From Patescibacteria group bacterium (GTDB taxonomy: Bacteria; Patescibacteriota; Patescibacteriia; UBA10025; JAHIVO01), in the NCBI GenBank assembly GCA_028718605.1, contig JAQULM010000001.1, forward strand, positions 413,719-477,718: a DNA stretch of 64,000 bases, written 5' to 3'. Shown piece by piece: positions 48,501 through 57,000 of this stretch; the stretch's first letter is position 1; each line of letters opens with the position of its first letter. Position numbers and translations under genes: made by a program. The notes under the pieces were generated by a model, which was not told where the DNA came from, searched no databases, and was given only the letters and a program-made list of their open reading frames with translations.

Positions 48501-50298
48501 CAGCACCCTCGCGCGCGCAATACGTCTCGGGAATCTTCAGAACCCAGTTCGGGTCAATCAGCTGGTAGAACGGGGACTTCGGATTATCATATTCGCCAAT
48601 AATATCATTGAGCGTATAGTTGCCTCGCGCGTACTGCCCGATGTATTTCGCCGCCAGCTCCCACCCCACGGGAATAATGCGGTATTTCCGCAGAATCACC
48701 AAGCTCCGGTACGGGTACCCTTCGCGATAGTCCGGCTGATTGCCGGCGATATCATACCCAAAAGGTTTATTTCCATCCAGCAATCCCTGCTCAACAGCAT
48801 CACGAACGAGCATCTTCTGGCTGATAGCAGTGCTGAACCGGGAATCAATAACGCACGTCTGGGGTGTCGGGTCGTTCTGGTTCGGACAGCTTGAGAGGCC
48901 CGAGAGTATGTCCACGTTCCCGCCCTCAGAATAGGAAGTCTGCTTCAGCTCCTTGAACCGCAGCTTGGCGGCAGTAACGCCGGGTGATGATGCGCCAAAC
49001 TTGTTTGAGCCTCCCGCATACGATGAGGCAGTTGCTTCATCGAGACCGTTGAGGTAACGGTCGAGCAGTTTGTTGGCGAGTGTGTTTGTAAAAATTCCGA
49101 CTGCGTCGGCGACAAGGCTGCCGGTGTACGTAAGGTACGGATCGATTGACTTGCCGAATAATGACGTGCCAGCGCCGCGAAGAAACGCGGCGGGTGTCTT
49201 CACCACGCCGGTAATCTTGGACGTGACAGCCTTAAATTCCCCCTGGAGCGACTGCGTGAACTCGGTTGCCTTTTCGTTCACCGCTTTCGTCAGCTTCACC
49301 TGGTCTCGGATAGTCATGTACGCGCCGTACTCGCTGGCTTTGGGGTTGAATTTTTTTGAAAATTCGATGAGGTACTGCGTACCGGGATCAACTTGGACTA
49401 AGTCTTTTGTATCAACGCCGAGGCTCTTTGCGAGCTGGTTATAATGCTTCTGCAATCCTTCGCGATATCCATAATAATTATCCAGTATCTCCGTGATCGG
49501 ACAGTCCCCCTTGTAGCTTGTCCCTTTATCGTACTCATAATCCGCTTTGCGTGCCATGATAGTCAGCTTCACTTGCAGGTTGCCGCTTGGATCCTGGGGA
49601 TCGCCGAGATCGCACAGAGAAAACGAGCTTACGCATTCACCCGCACCGTCCTTTTTGATAAGGCGCGGTTTCTTCGCATCCGTCGGCTGCTTTATCATCT
49701 TCTCATCAAAAATTTTGTACTCATCCGCAGTTTCCATAATGGAAATATAGCAGCCGGCAGCAAGGCATTTCTTTTTCGCGTCGAGGCTGGAGGAGCATTC
49801 CTCCAATGAAAGATTTTGCGGGCATATCATGACCGGCGGCGGGCATTTTGAATCGGTTTTGCAGCCCTGGTACGGGTGGCCATCACACTGCGATTTTCCA
49901 ATCCAGTCTGATGCGATAGAATCGAGGAGATCGCCAGCCGCAGCATCACCCGCGTCCTTGAGCATCTTCATCGGATCGCCCACAAAATACGGCTTCTGGC
50001 CTTTCTCGCCGGTCGCGAGCTTTACCGCGTAGTTGTATGCGAGCGCATTAACATAGTTTTTCAAAACATTTTTAAACGCGATATCCTTGGCAGTTTTAAC
50101 CGCCTTCGAGATCGCATCGCGTATTGCCGCCGGAATATCGCCGATCGTAATGCTCATATCTCCCATGCCAAAAATGGCATCCGCGTGGCGCGGGATGAGG
50201 GCGACCGGTGCAACTAACTGCAGCGCGAAAAAAGCGAGAGCGCCAATAAGCGCCCACCGCCGCATCTGTCCGCGAAATATGTTTTTGAATCGCCTCAT
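39529..50298 (-). CDS. Giant secreted Cys-rich surface protein (3589 aa) with CBM-like, dockerin-like and PKD-like domains
   Basis: Signal peptide; CBM4/9-like starts NLLLNSSFES, NFLTNGSFES, DLAKNGDFG; dockerin-like duplicated GDxNxDGxI/V; many CxxDxDC repeats; C-terminal VDWDDG...SHQY PKD-like domain. Confidence 0.85.
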   Translation of the reverse strand: MRRFKNIFRGQMRRWALIGALAFFALQLVAPVALIPRHADAIFGMGDMSITIGDIPAAIRDAISKAVKTAKDIAFKNVLKNYVNALAYNYAVKLATGEKGQKPYFVGDPMKMLKDAGDAAAGDLLDSIASDWIGKSQCDGHPYQGCKTDSKCPPPVMICPQNLSLEECSSSLDAKKKCLAAGCYISIMETADEYKIFDEKMIKQPTDAKKPRLIKKDGAGECVSSFSLCDLGDPQDPSGNLQVKLTIMARKADYEYDKGTSYKGDCPITEILDNYYGYREGLQKHYNQLAKSLGVDTKDLVQVDPGTQYLIEFSKKFNPKASEYGAYMTIRDQVKLTKAVNEKATEFTQSLQGEFKAVTSKITGVVKTPAAFLRGAGTSLFGKSIDPYLTYTGSLVADAVGIFTNTLANKLLDRYLNGLDEATASSYAGGSNKFGASSPGVTAAKLRFKELKQTSYSEGGNVDILSGLSSCPNQNDPTPQTCVIDSRFSTAISQKMLVRDAVEQGLLDGNKPFGYDIAGNQPDYREGYPYRSLVILRKYRIIPVGWELAAKYIGQYARGNYTLNDIIGEYDNPKSPFYQLIDPNWVLKIPETYCAREGAGPQVTYQTAIRAEDTNRDEKVDTADAASTLIQRQEDYCADEKQCLKEDEKGSCSVWGYCMEEKAVWRFDATECKPWETSCTLLTRRSGDMVSYLTDTVNTNSCSIDTVGCQWYCREYNSTAKSWACDGLKPNDATDPVISLNANARTCNVSADGCSEFIRVKGDGANLLLNSSFESYEQNPLAVKDDAASELFTYWPILSSFCGLQSPAVSDSYSGSTALRTSMLPPCPGNPDWTGTPFEDGTYTAQIADVGASTNERTFTFSLYAKQAADDADCTSDTGSLSVWAYRQPDAVIGGGMFTNVMNVATSGQWTRYTGTITFPKITFRVAAGEPLILASIVRPLTDQCDVIIDDFQMEENTLTPYKEYEESTKTYFKKPPSYLNCTGNAVTDDPLCASYTLQCQETEVGCEEFTSKTTGRKITGIISPPGLCNAADPFSCDQCSAEFVGCQAYRELEIDRMPLRPVRDPVSFVSTTGMSCPASAVGCEEYTNLEDVAAGGEGKEYYSKIKVCVETSDPDTGAYYTWEGSDEFGYQLRRYNLKKSNLDNGPCTNVGAENDPALVALGEDWPACIDNLDVDGDGTADYPQQVCTAADMADNPDCTEFFDSLGNVYYRLRTRLIYVSDDCKSYKNSVDSTASCADGICTNSGLACVDANSDGAINDEDCRGSIYHIIPNQGVQCTASNAGCRAYKGNAGDNTRQVYREDFESGSIDLWSGDASYSNESLNLNGHSMAVTNSAAISNVGSQITLPGGQQYSVSLWVKSAVSGSDVPVTVAINSTPAMVFSGKAVAKTGEWNQFVLGPLYLPESADISANQLVIYGDSAFYVDNIEITEVYDSVYLIKDSYQDCSGWEGCDAYSDSAGTVHYLKSFRRLCDKSKVGCDIFIDTYNTEMYESMSYTTARYLRGDLNDDGRINRYDIDILNRYLSSGTSYAPVPLLVGDFDENGSVDATDRNNFQSYIGGGPEPSSLHYDINPSISQDTVGYYVYDSDKACGAGSKGCERMGLPLTNADGSVSAYGDSYMINDPDAYATEMCLYNENGCEEYTTGSGSQMYFKEPGKKTCSYQKDKGGWFKNGSASATPDCPVSIGTCYNGGANEGALCNSSDDCDSGNCLKDDRITPKPVDGWVGSCEESVSGCTEYRDPEGIADNAEVLSQNFLTNGSFESIDSVADAGIVTDAIIDNDTCNAGRCQQSGYPCAVDLDCYVPDEFLDWGNQSTKLGLCTAGGPQAGYACNSNIDCGRCDTDYTSGCGGGATYCDDNNDCVTCAGAACPGTCEAGGTTCNRAASTCDLPGPGEARQPCGDRLIATSDAHDGAVAAIFRSYQNCTNAPWNDAAHYQWRGIDTGSLTDNKTFRISFWAKRNPNDPRCTVLADPTYDGVSVGAVRTVDQVLPNGVQYLPGAFFHTTDSWQKYEYVISIPSTPFIDGDGVEHEWNPSGGTTLEELQNRFSVVFRRPGVAASTPVCDVILDQVQVEQVSAEADYASYYYLSDTIDSSSCNGLVSRDAGCRLFEDMSRSDLPYSSSASVDGEEPATCVDDPTTCDSNSVVKVRPDRECGKWLACETTVREEDKNGNVQELCTSRFICDKMDEATGVCTGVVDYEEVDQTFTSPAFAEKVHNYSGMVMAGLDWQRRCKNNKDIICTSDAQCGAGGTCSDPQIVEGALLYPAMEEAGSVTSGTDLAKNGDFGDGDYEANQKLSCELTGGATASCTTSSDYGGSPDAGPTVDEIDLSELDSAWQPRNWFDGVATVKWTEEDVNNGGVPSQNSNLDENNVARVKTSGYTGNDTNNDGTIGTAQWNGLSYDIGTGNLIDGDQYVVSLKLRWATLPTVYDKIRVEFGYLDARGNEIGWSAIEDVELTQDWQQFTLGPIEAGWDPIGGAEVTGWNDALLNIIHFHDEPQMCNANPNVPCNVDADCPVGDTCNIVTVPGVEFFVDDISIEPALKYKEDGSLIPRSCRLYPNASAPYCAYTDENGIEYRGWEGYCLERDPLNPAYCLNWWPADLLMGDTNIFSNLRTAGYDGRRPLYMCLEQEGNYNKPKSVSFGLVDTFQATRQVSNGKGSTGHGGGCRITFEESPLIGKPFKYRAPMTTNFIDQDGTSECDEAGNMGGAAYSCAWDGGWRNGFCMSCDCDDDEQCTRGYNNLITAHPEDRYYKYEIERIDVLMVHWSHGDWECGHYGVGDGDNHYFMTLNEEDAGGGPCGGATNCWGERWTCSGNYIDFAVIFNDAGQITHFRTSMHDGNNGGGAHYLPIFQLRESCSVLAQVADDDNDRAWTARVSEGSAFQVPALLYKYTQQFAPFGTVVAPAGDPTAWDYATHTGPLYVESRSDASFAHAGTPYSSPYNTVANGLLGQHIKYCTNNTGNWCDSAAAVTACTTGGGKCVGGRQCSWRWANDCATRLDEVNCHEGDDGTVGTDDDGYCVGIGVGFCSGNAEAYCAIDADCSYGGRNYGPCIMDGGTYGMKTATPTPDTNYAEAIRYSKRLFANAFNAWTWDIATCDRSNFTDLIRCTAGDDSTCEFRRCGAIGTCYGGAEDGEPCGGTCAAGDNASLSCATNADCPDSTCTPIPGGYTCTGGTCQTNHTMACAGAADCQHLACADNALQECFNRCDNNSGPRTGHVCTVNADCRSFIWPAGNCVTSDFDCRVYGCSTALGVCSNSSAYCQVTADCGGAPAVCNTGLCRAGANDGARCRIAADCPGGTCEATRIGCSDNVECTGVGVCSHDSTVLCQADTDCKNGSCSVTTSVECHVDTDCPGGETCAGATATCENERNWGSCAVVDTYGTCQSTTFGSCRTDDYGACTAPAGSMSYAENSGFINTWNTAYNTMAVCPYSTAQGKAVRPEYVQGLDVDYCGVPPIIHTILVGAGGSLEETDSITIPGGGVVQFTFSISADPEQSPITFVEVDWDDGTPHYVTTGRYESGTISLSHQYRIPGPHIPKIKVVDNWDWCGVLKDSGESCPGFGDCRFNVDLDDCDFEGGRDGLTSTGVTITVTQ
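40100..41450 (-). repeat. Tandem Cys-rich protein repeats (C-x2-D/N-x-D-C) in the giant protein
   Basis: CAIDADC, CATNADC, CAGAADC, CTVNADC, CQVTADC, CRIAADC, CQADTDC, CHVDTDC. Confidence 0.8.
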
Positions 50299-50324
50299 GT
50301 GTACGTCGCGCCGTTAGATCTGGA

Positions 50325-51218
50325 CTATTCGCTCGTACCCAAATTGGTTTCTAAGCTCTCTAAATAAATTGCTCGTAACGTTTCATCGTCGATCTGATTC
50401 AAAGTTTCAGCAGCGATGCCGCTTTCAGCGAGGAGCTCGCGGATTTCATCAGGTGTCAGCGACTGTAGCCTCTCATAGGTTATGGAGTCGGTCGTTACGC
50501 TGTTTGTCGTTGCCTGTGCATTCGTTGCACTATTGGCATTTACCGCGGTATTCGTCCCTGTTTGTCCACCGACAATATCGAGGTACGCTGCCTGTAAATC
50601 CTCATCGCTGATACTGCTCAAGAACTCTTCGGACGCGCCCGCATCACGCATAATGGATCGAAGTTCGTCCGCGCTTAGATTTGAGAGATCAACTTGCGTC
50701 AGAGGCTCACTATTGGTGCCCGCCGTGATATCATTGACGAGCCCGCTGACATTCGTGTTCGCATTCGAATTCGTTGCTGTTTCCCGCCCGCATGTATCGC
50801 CCGCCGGACAATTCGGATCTTGCCCTGCGGCAAGCTCATCTTTATCACTCGTCCCGTCGCTATCGCTGTCAGCAATATACGGGCTGGTGCTAAACGTATA
50901 AAGCTCGTCGTAATCATTCAAACCGTCACTATCAGTATCTTTGGCGCGGAGGGACTCAAGCCGTTCAACCGACGTCTGCGATGTATTCAAGGTCGCGAGG
51001 TCTTGGTTCGACAAAAGTACTTCATATTCAAACGGGTTGCTGATCTGCATACCAATGTACCAAATTCCAAATGCGACAACAGCTGTTCCGACGACAATTG
51101 AAACAACGACCGTACGGGTCCGCTCTTTCCGTCGAGCTTCGTCTGCCTCGAAATACGGATCGCTGAAGAGTCGCTGGAGCAAATTTTTATTTTGATTTTC
51201 CGGCATCTTGGGTGCCAT
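50325..51218 (-). CDS. Membrane-anchored protein with thrombospondin type 3-like Ca-binding repeats
   Basis: TM helix followed by DTDSDGLNDYDE...DSDSDGTSDKDE...DPNCP; N/T-rich linkers. Confidence 0.75.
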   Translation of the reverse strand: MAPKMPENQNKNLLQRLFSDPYFEADEARRKERTRTVVVSIVVGTAVVAFGIWYIGMQISNPFEYEVLLSNQDLATLNTSQTSVERLESLRAKDTDSDGLNDYDELYTFSTSPYIADSDSDGTSDKDELAAGQDPNCPAGDTCGRETATNSNANTNVSGLVNDITAGTNSEPLTQVDLSNLSADELRSIMRDAGASEEFLSSISDEDLQAAYLDIVGGQTGTNTAVNANSATNAQATTNSVTTDSITYERLQSLTPDEIRELLAESGIAAETLNQIDDETLRAIYLESLETNLGTSE

Positions 51219-51230
51219 AATGACCCTGCC

Positions 51231-51259
51231 ATTATATCACATTATCTCATGTCTGTCAA
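51231..51259 (-). promoter_or_regulatory. Perfect-consensus sigma70 promoter heading the surface-protein/VirB6-like operon
   Basis: TTGACA-17 nt-TATAAT on the minus strand, with -10 12 nt upstream of the ATG at 51218. Confidence 0.85.
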
Positions 51260-52132
51260 TTAAAAAACGCCCCGAGTGTTCCTAATTTCATGTGTAATTT
51301 TTATCCAATCGCCGACCGACAAATTCTGGGCTCGAATCATGGGATCAATGCCAGCCTTTTGCAGTATAGTTCGCGCAAAATCATCTCCAAGCCTCAGGCC
51401 TGAAGCGATGTTATTGTGCAGTTGTTTTCTCCGTGCCGCATATCCAGTCCGTACGACGCTAAAAAACTGGCTCGCCGTAGATGGTTGAAGCGCCTCCAGG
51501 TACCCGTGCGCATCTGCCCCGATTCCGTCAATTTTTAACACCGCCGAGTCAACCTCCGGCTCTGGCCAAAAGCAATCAGGCGGTACGATCTCGACGATTC
51601 GCGGGTTCCCGAAAAACTGTACTGCCACCGAAAGTACGCTCATCTTGCCGGCACCGGCGGTAACACGTTCTGCGACTTCGCGCTGCACCAGAAGCGTCAT
51701 CGAAGACGGACGGGGCGTACGTTCGAGAAATGAACGCAGAACGAGCGACGTGATGTTATACGGGACGTTCGCCACAACCTTATACCGAAGGTCATGGAGC
51801 CGCGGCGAAAGGGCAGGCCATTGCTGAAAAATATCACCGCCAATGAGCGTACAATTACCGCATCCGCCAACGCGGTCATGGAGCGCAGCGATGAGCCGCT
51901 GGTCAAGCTCAACCGCGAAAACACGGCTGGCGCGGGCACACAGCTCCTCAGTCAGAGCGCCGAATCCAGGGCCGATTTCAAGCACTGTATCGCTCTTCGA
52001 TACTTCTGCCGTCGTTACAATACAATCGAGCGTTTCAGCAGAAATCAAAAAATTCTGGCCAGATGACCGCTGAGGCACAACGCCATAGCGCTTACAGAGC
52101 GCGCGGAGTGTACGAATTGTCGCAACACTCAT
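51260..52132 (-). CDS. rsmA: 16S rRNA dimethyladenosine transferase
   Basis: GQNFL, VLEIGPGFGALT, VANVPYNIT, VQREVAER, FWPEPEVDSAV, RRKQLHN; start reassigned to MSVA (ATGA overlap with the MFS stop). Confidence 0.96.
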   Translation of the reverse strand: MSVATIRTLRALCKRYGVVPQRSSGQNFLISAETLDCIVTTAEVSKSDTVLEIGPGFGALTEELCARASRVFAVELDQRLIAALHDRVGGCGNCTLIGGDIFQQWPALSPRLHDLRYKVVANVPYNITSLVLRSFLERTPRPSSMTLLVQREVAERVTAGAGKMSVLSVAVQFFGNPRIVEIVPPDCFWPEPEVDSAVLKIDGIGADAHGYLEALQPSTASQFFSVVRTGYAARRKQLHNNIASGLRLGDDFARTILQKAGIDPMIRAQNLSVGDWIKITHEIRNTRGVF

Positions 52133-53313
52133 AAGATTCGCGGTCGCGCCGTCTTCATGAACAAATACAAGAGCGAGAACAGCGCGGAACAAATAAACAT
52201 GACCGGCCAGGGAGATACATTAAACGATAACACGATAAGTAAGAGCCCGGCAGCGATCACTTTGCCTGCTGCGAGTGACTGCTCGTAGAATACGGTATAC
52301 CCAAGGACGTCCTCCCGCTTCCCGTTTTCATACGTCATTGCGAGGAGCGGCACATAGAGCGCTTCCTTCGAAAGCCGCGACAGCGTATCGAATGACAGCA
52401 CTTGCCACGCTTTCTGGGCAAAACCGCGTATGAGCCAGCTCACTGCGTAGACGATGCTGCCGAAGCGAAGGACATGCTCTTTCTTATACCGGTCGGTTGC
52501 CTTGCCGAGGAGGAGCGCGATAAAGGCGGTCACGAGCGTTGCAATCGCTACGAGCGCCCCGATCTCAAAAAAATCTTTGACCACGGTAAAAATAAAAATT
52601 GGCCACATGACCATGACGATGAGCTCCTCCCCGAAACCAAGGTATGCGACGAAATTGCGGCGGTGCCCGGGCGCATAGAGCTTCCGGAGGGTTTCGCGGT
52701 ATGAAAAGGATGACTGGCTATGAATTTCCTTGATCCGCAGCAGGGGAATTGCCGAGAAAATAAAAAGCGCTGCAACGATCAGGAACAGGGAGCTGTAATT
52801 GCTCCATTCGAGAATCGCGCCGCCGATAAACGGGCCGACAATGTACACGATCATGTTCAGCGTCTCAAGCCCACCGACCTCGCGTCCGCGCTGGGAATCA
52901 TCCGAAAAAAGGACGAAATCAGCATGGTATGCAGGCCAATAGAACGACTTCTGGATTGCGTAAATGATTGGGGCGACATAAAACAGGAAGGACAACCTCT
53001 GAATTCCAAAGAGTGATATATAAAATGCAATGAGGAAAAATTGGCTATAGAATATTGAATGCTCCATGCCGATCCGGGCGATGATCCTGCCGACAACTGG
53101 CAGAATGAGGAAGTACCCGACGTATACCATCAGGTAGAAAAAGAGGATGTACCGTAATGAATATCCGAGCGTGTACAGAAAAATCGGCTCGAAAATCGCT
53201 ACCGTCGCAATCCCTAAGCCCATCATCCCGACAGACCAATAGAGGTTGACGAGTTTGCGCGAGGGGTGTTTGGAAAAATAGTGGGGAAGGTTGAGATGGA
53301 TTCTATTGAACAT
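52129..53313 (-). CDS. MFS transporter
   Basis: ~12 hydrophobic segments, motif-A-like GRIIARIG and GKATDRYKK; start reassigned to MFNR. Confidence 0.85.
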   Translation of the reverse strand: MFNRIHLNLPHYFSKHPSRKLVNLYWSVGMMGLGIATVAIFEPIFLYTLGYSLRYILFFYLMVYVGYFLILPVVGRIIARIGMEHSIFYSQFFLIAFYISLFGIQRLSFLFYVAPIIYAIQKSFYWPAYHADFVLFSDDSQRGREVGGLETLNMIVYIVGPFIGGAILEWSNYSSLFLIVAALFIFSAIPLLRIKEIHSQSSFSYRETLRKLYAPGHRRNFVAYLGFGEELIVMVMWPIFIFTVVKDFFEIGALVAIATLVTAFIALLLGKATDRYKKEHVLRFGSIVYAVSWLIRGFAQKAWQVLSFDTLSRLSKEALYVPLLAMTYENGKREDVLGYTVFYEQSLAAGKVIAAGLLLIVLSFNVSPWPVMFICSALFSLLYLFMKTARPRIL

Positions 53314-53365
53314 GATGGTACGTAAATTCGGCGGTGCCATGCAGCAGCCGCCCCTCCCTGGCGAT

Positions 53366-53986
53366 TTAAAGCTTTGGGACGACGGGCCCTTCGCGCAGAA
53401 CCTGCAGCTTGGTCCCGATGACCTGCACGACGGTCGAAACCGGCACTTCTGGCAGTTCACCGGCATCCAATACAAGGTCCGGCTGGCTGGGAGAATCCTG
53501 GAACATGCGGGTTACGCACTCGGCGGTGTAGCAATTGCCCCGGCCGGTGATATTCGCGCTGGTGGCAGTCAGCGGTTTGCCGCACGCAGCAACGAGTGCC
53601 TGCGCGGCTGGCGAATTCGTAATGCGGACGCCGATCGTCGGTAACCCGAGCGTGAGAGATGGCGGCACCGCGTCTTTCTTTTTGAAAATAATCGTCAGGG
53701 CGCCAGGCCAGTACTGTTTCATGAGCTTACGCTCTGCTGGTGCAACCGACGCAATCCCGGCGAGCATGTGTTGGTCCGCGATGATAACCGGCAGCGGCTT
53801 CTGCATGCGCTGCTTGAGGATGAAGAGCTTCCCGATCGCCGTCTCGTCCAATGCATTAACTGCCAATCCATAGGCTGTATCGGTCGGGTACGCGACAACA
53901 CCGCCACCCAGGATGATTGCTGCCGCCTGTTTAATGATATGCGGCTCAGGATTTTTCGGATCGATTGCTACTATCTGTAGGCTCAT
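53366..53986 (-). CDS. tsaC: Threonylcarbamoyl-AMP synthase (Sua5/YrdC)
   Basis: GGVVAYPTDTAYGL, LKQR...KPL, YWPGALT, IGVRI, ATSANITG, STVV, LREG. Confidence 0.95.
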   Translation of the reverse strand: MSLQIVAIDPKNPEPHIIKQAAAIILGGGVVAYPTDTAYGLAVNALDETAIGKLFILKQRMQKPLPVIIADQHMLAGIASVAPAERKLMKQYWPGALTIIFKKKDAVPPSLTLGLPTIGVRITNSPAAQALVAACGKPLTATSANITGRGNCYTAECVTRMFQDSPSQPDLVLDAGELPEVPVSTVVQVIGTKLQVLREGPVVPKL

Positions 53987-54035
53987 ACTCTTCTTATGGC
54001 GCGAGGCGTTGATTAATGGTTTCCATGCTTCTTAA

Positions 54036-57000
54036 TCATACCACAAAATTTATCAGCCTGCCTGGCACAAATACTACCTTTTTCGGTTCCGTGGCGACGT
54101 ACTTCCGCACTTTCGGGCTTTTCAATGCCAATGCCCTCACTTGATCTACGGTGGCATCTGGACGGGCGATGACAATATCCCGCACCTTGCCATTGACTTG
54201 TACCACGAACTTCACCTGCTCGTCCTGAACTTTCGCTTCGTCGTACAAAGGCCATTGCTCGTACATAATGCTCTTCTGATGGCCGAGGCGTTCCCATAAT
54301 TCTTCTGCGATATGCGGCGCAAAAGGTGACATTAATTTAAGGAAAATTTCAAACTCCTCTCGCTTCAATAAAGATTGCCCCTCATATGATTGCCCATTAA
54401 CAACTATTACTTTTTTTATATAAGTCATCAGCTGGGCAATGGCAGTATTAAATTTAAAATTCTCTATATCCTCGGAAATCTTTTTTATCGTTATATGCAA
54501 TTGTCTCACGATACCATGATGAAGATTTTTAGCCTGTGGATTATCTTTATACCACTCAATTAAAAATAGGCTCCACTCCCAAACTCGGTCAAGAAACCGC
54601 GTCATTCCGATTAATCCTTTTGTATTCCACGGCTTCACGTCCTCAAACGGACCCATGAACATTTCGTACATGCGCATGGCATCAGCGCCGAACTTCTTGA
54701 TGACATCGTCAGGATTCACGACATTACCGCGCGATTTGGACATCTTCTGCCCGTCTTCGCCTAAGATCAGCCCCTGGTTTTTTAATTTAATAAACGGCTC
54801 GTCGCCATTCTTTTTAACAAACTCTTTGGGTATAACCTCAATGTCGCATAAAAACTTATAAATAAACCGCGCGTACAGCAAATGCAAAACCGCATGCTCA
54901 GCACCGCCGATGTACAGGTCGACGGGCAGCCACTGCTTCAGTTTTTCGGGGTCTGCAAGCTTTTTATCATTGTGCGGGTCGCAGTACCGAAGCCAGTACC
55001 AGTTTGACCCTGCCCACTGGGGCATGGTGTTTGTCTCGCGCTTGGCAGGCCCGCCGCACTGCGGGCACTTCACGTTTACCCATGTGGCAATCGCAGCAAG
55101 TGGCGACTCGCCCGTGCCGGTTGGTTTGTACTTTTTGACATTCGGAAGTTTCACGGGCAAGTGCTTTTCAGGAACGGCAACATGCCCGCACTTCTCGCAG
55201 TGCACGATCGGAATCGGTTCGCCCCAGTACCGCTGCCGGGAAAACACCCAGTCGCGGAGCTTATAATTAACAGCGGTCTTTCCTTTCCCCTGTCTTTGTA
55301 ACCATGCAGTAATAACCTTCTTGAACTCAACCGAATCCATGCCGTCGTATTTGCCGGAATTAATCATGGTTCCCTCGCCAGTATAAGCAAACGGCACTTC
55401 CTTCCCTTCGCATATTTGCTGATAATCATACCTAAACGCTTCCTGTGTAGTTATTTCTGCGTCATGTGCGAAAATTTCCCAATAATGTTGAGTTTGCGAA
55501 TAAGTCTTTGGCAAAATAACATGACGGAATTTTAGATGATATTTTTCTGCAAAAAAGGCATCCCGCTCGTCATGCGCCGGTACTGCCATAATCGCGCCAG
55601 TGCCGTATGAACGTAACACGTAGTCAGCGATCCAGATCGGAATCTTCGCGCCATTAACAGGATTAATGGCGTATGCACCGGTAAACACGCCTGTTTTCTC
55701 TTTCGCCAAATCCGTCCGGTCAAGATCTGACTTTTTCGCGGCAGACGTTTGGTACTTTTCAACTGCCTGCTTCTGGTCCGGCGTTGTGATCGAACCCACC
55801 AGCTCATGTTCGGGCGACAGTACCATGTACGTCGCGCCGAATAACGTGTCAGGCCGTGTGGTAAAGACGCGGATTACCGGACATAAAAGTTTGCTCAGCG
55901 CATCCTTGACCGGCTTGAGCTCAATATTGACCTCCTCATGCTCAGTTTCATCAACCGGACGTTTGTTGGTTGCGACATTGATGTACAGCGACCGCATGGG
56001 AAAATGCGGATCAACAGGCTTATGGAGCGTATCCGTTAATATAATATCTCTCCGCGCCTCAGCAAAACGGACTGTCCCGTCAGGAGTGACCAAGGCAAAA
56101 CAGTCAATCCAGTATGCATTTACTTTTCCGCCGTGCTTTTTCGCAACACTCGAATAATGCCGGATAATGTGCTCCATGATCTGTTTTCTGGAAAGTTGCG
56201 ATTCATCTTTGCCGCCGAGGGCAGTCCGCCGCACCATGGCAGGATCATGCGTTTCGCCGTCGATATACAAACCCGTATCAACGGCAAGAACCGGCAGTTT
56301 CGTTTTTCCGAAATACGCGCGCGCTTTAGCCTCTGCGTTCTCGCGAAGATTGCCGTCTTCATGAACTTCAATCGTTTTTATATGCTCATCCGCAGGTGTT
56401 ACCAGATCGGGCGCAGTGCCGATGCTCGCAAGAAGTTTTTTAAATCGCACCACCTTGCTCGGATTCGTTGTCGCGGCCAAAACCCTCGGGTGCGGTGCAA
56501 CCGAAAAATCAACTTCAGCGCCCTCGCTTCTGCCAATCCAATTCTTCTGGAGCAATTTGATGTTCTCCGGCCAGTCGAGCTTGTCCAATCCGTGCAAAAG
56601 CCGCTCGATATACCGCTCATCGGTAATCTTAACGAGCCACTGCTTGATGCTCTTTTTCGTCACCTCGGTGCCGCACCGCTCGCATGTGCCGGCAACAACC
56701 TCCTCATTCGCCAATCCGGTCTTGCATGACGGGCACCAGTTGATCGGCGCATATGATTCGTATGCAAGGCCATGTTTGAATAACTGTAAAAAAATCCACT
56801 GCGTCCACTGGTAGTATGACGGGTCAGAAGTAATAACCTCGCGATCCCAGTCATACGAAAAACCCAGGGATTTGATCTGCTTGCGCATGTTCCGTATGTT
56901 TTTCGCTGTCGTAACGGCAGGGTGCGTCCCTGTTTTAATCGCGTAATTCTCCGCGGGCAAACCGAATGAGTCGAAACCCATCGGATGCAGGACGGGAAAC

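Noticed and set aside
2030-51218. Integrative conjugative element or prophage
   Set aside because: No integrase, relaxase, coupling protein, att repeats or phage structural genes were seen. The cluster matches the chromosomal T4SS-like locus known from Patescibacteria.
55884-56498. Intein in leuS
   Set aside because: No N-terminal Cys/Ser block A, no His-Asn terminus and no LAGLIDADG motif; the motifs are HAM1-like instead.
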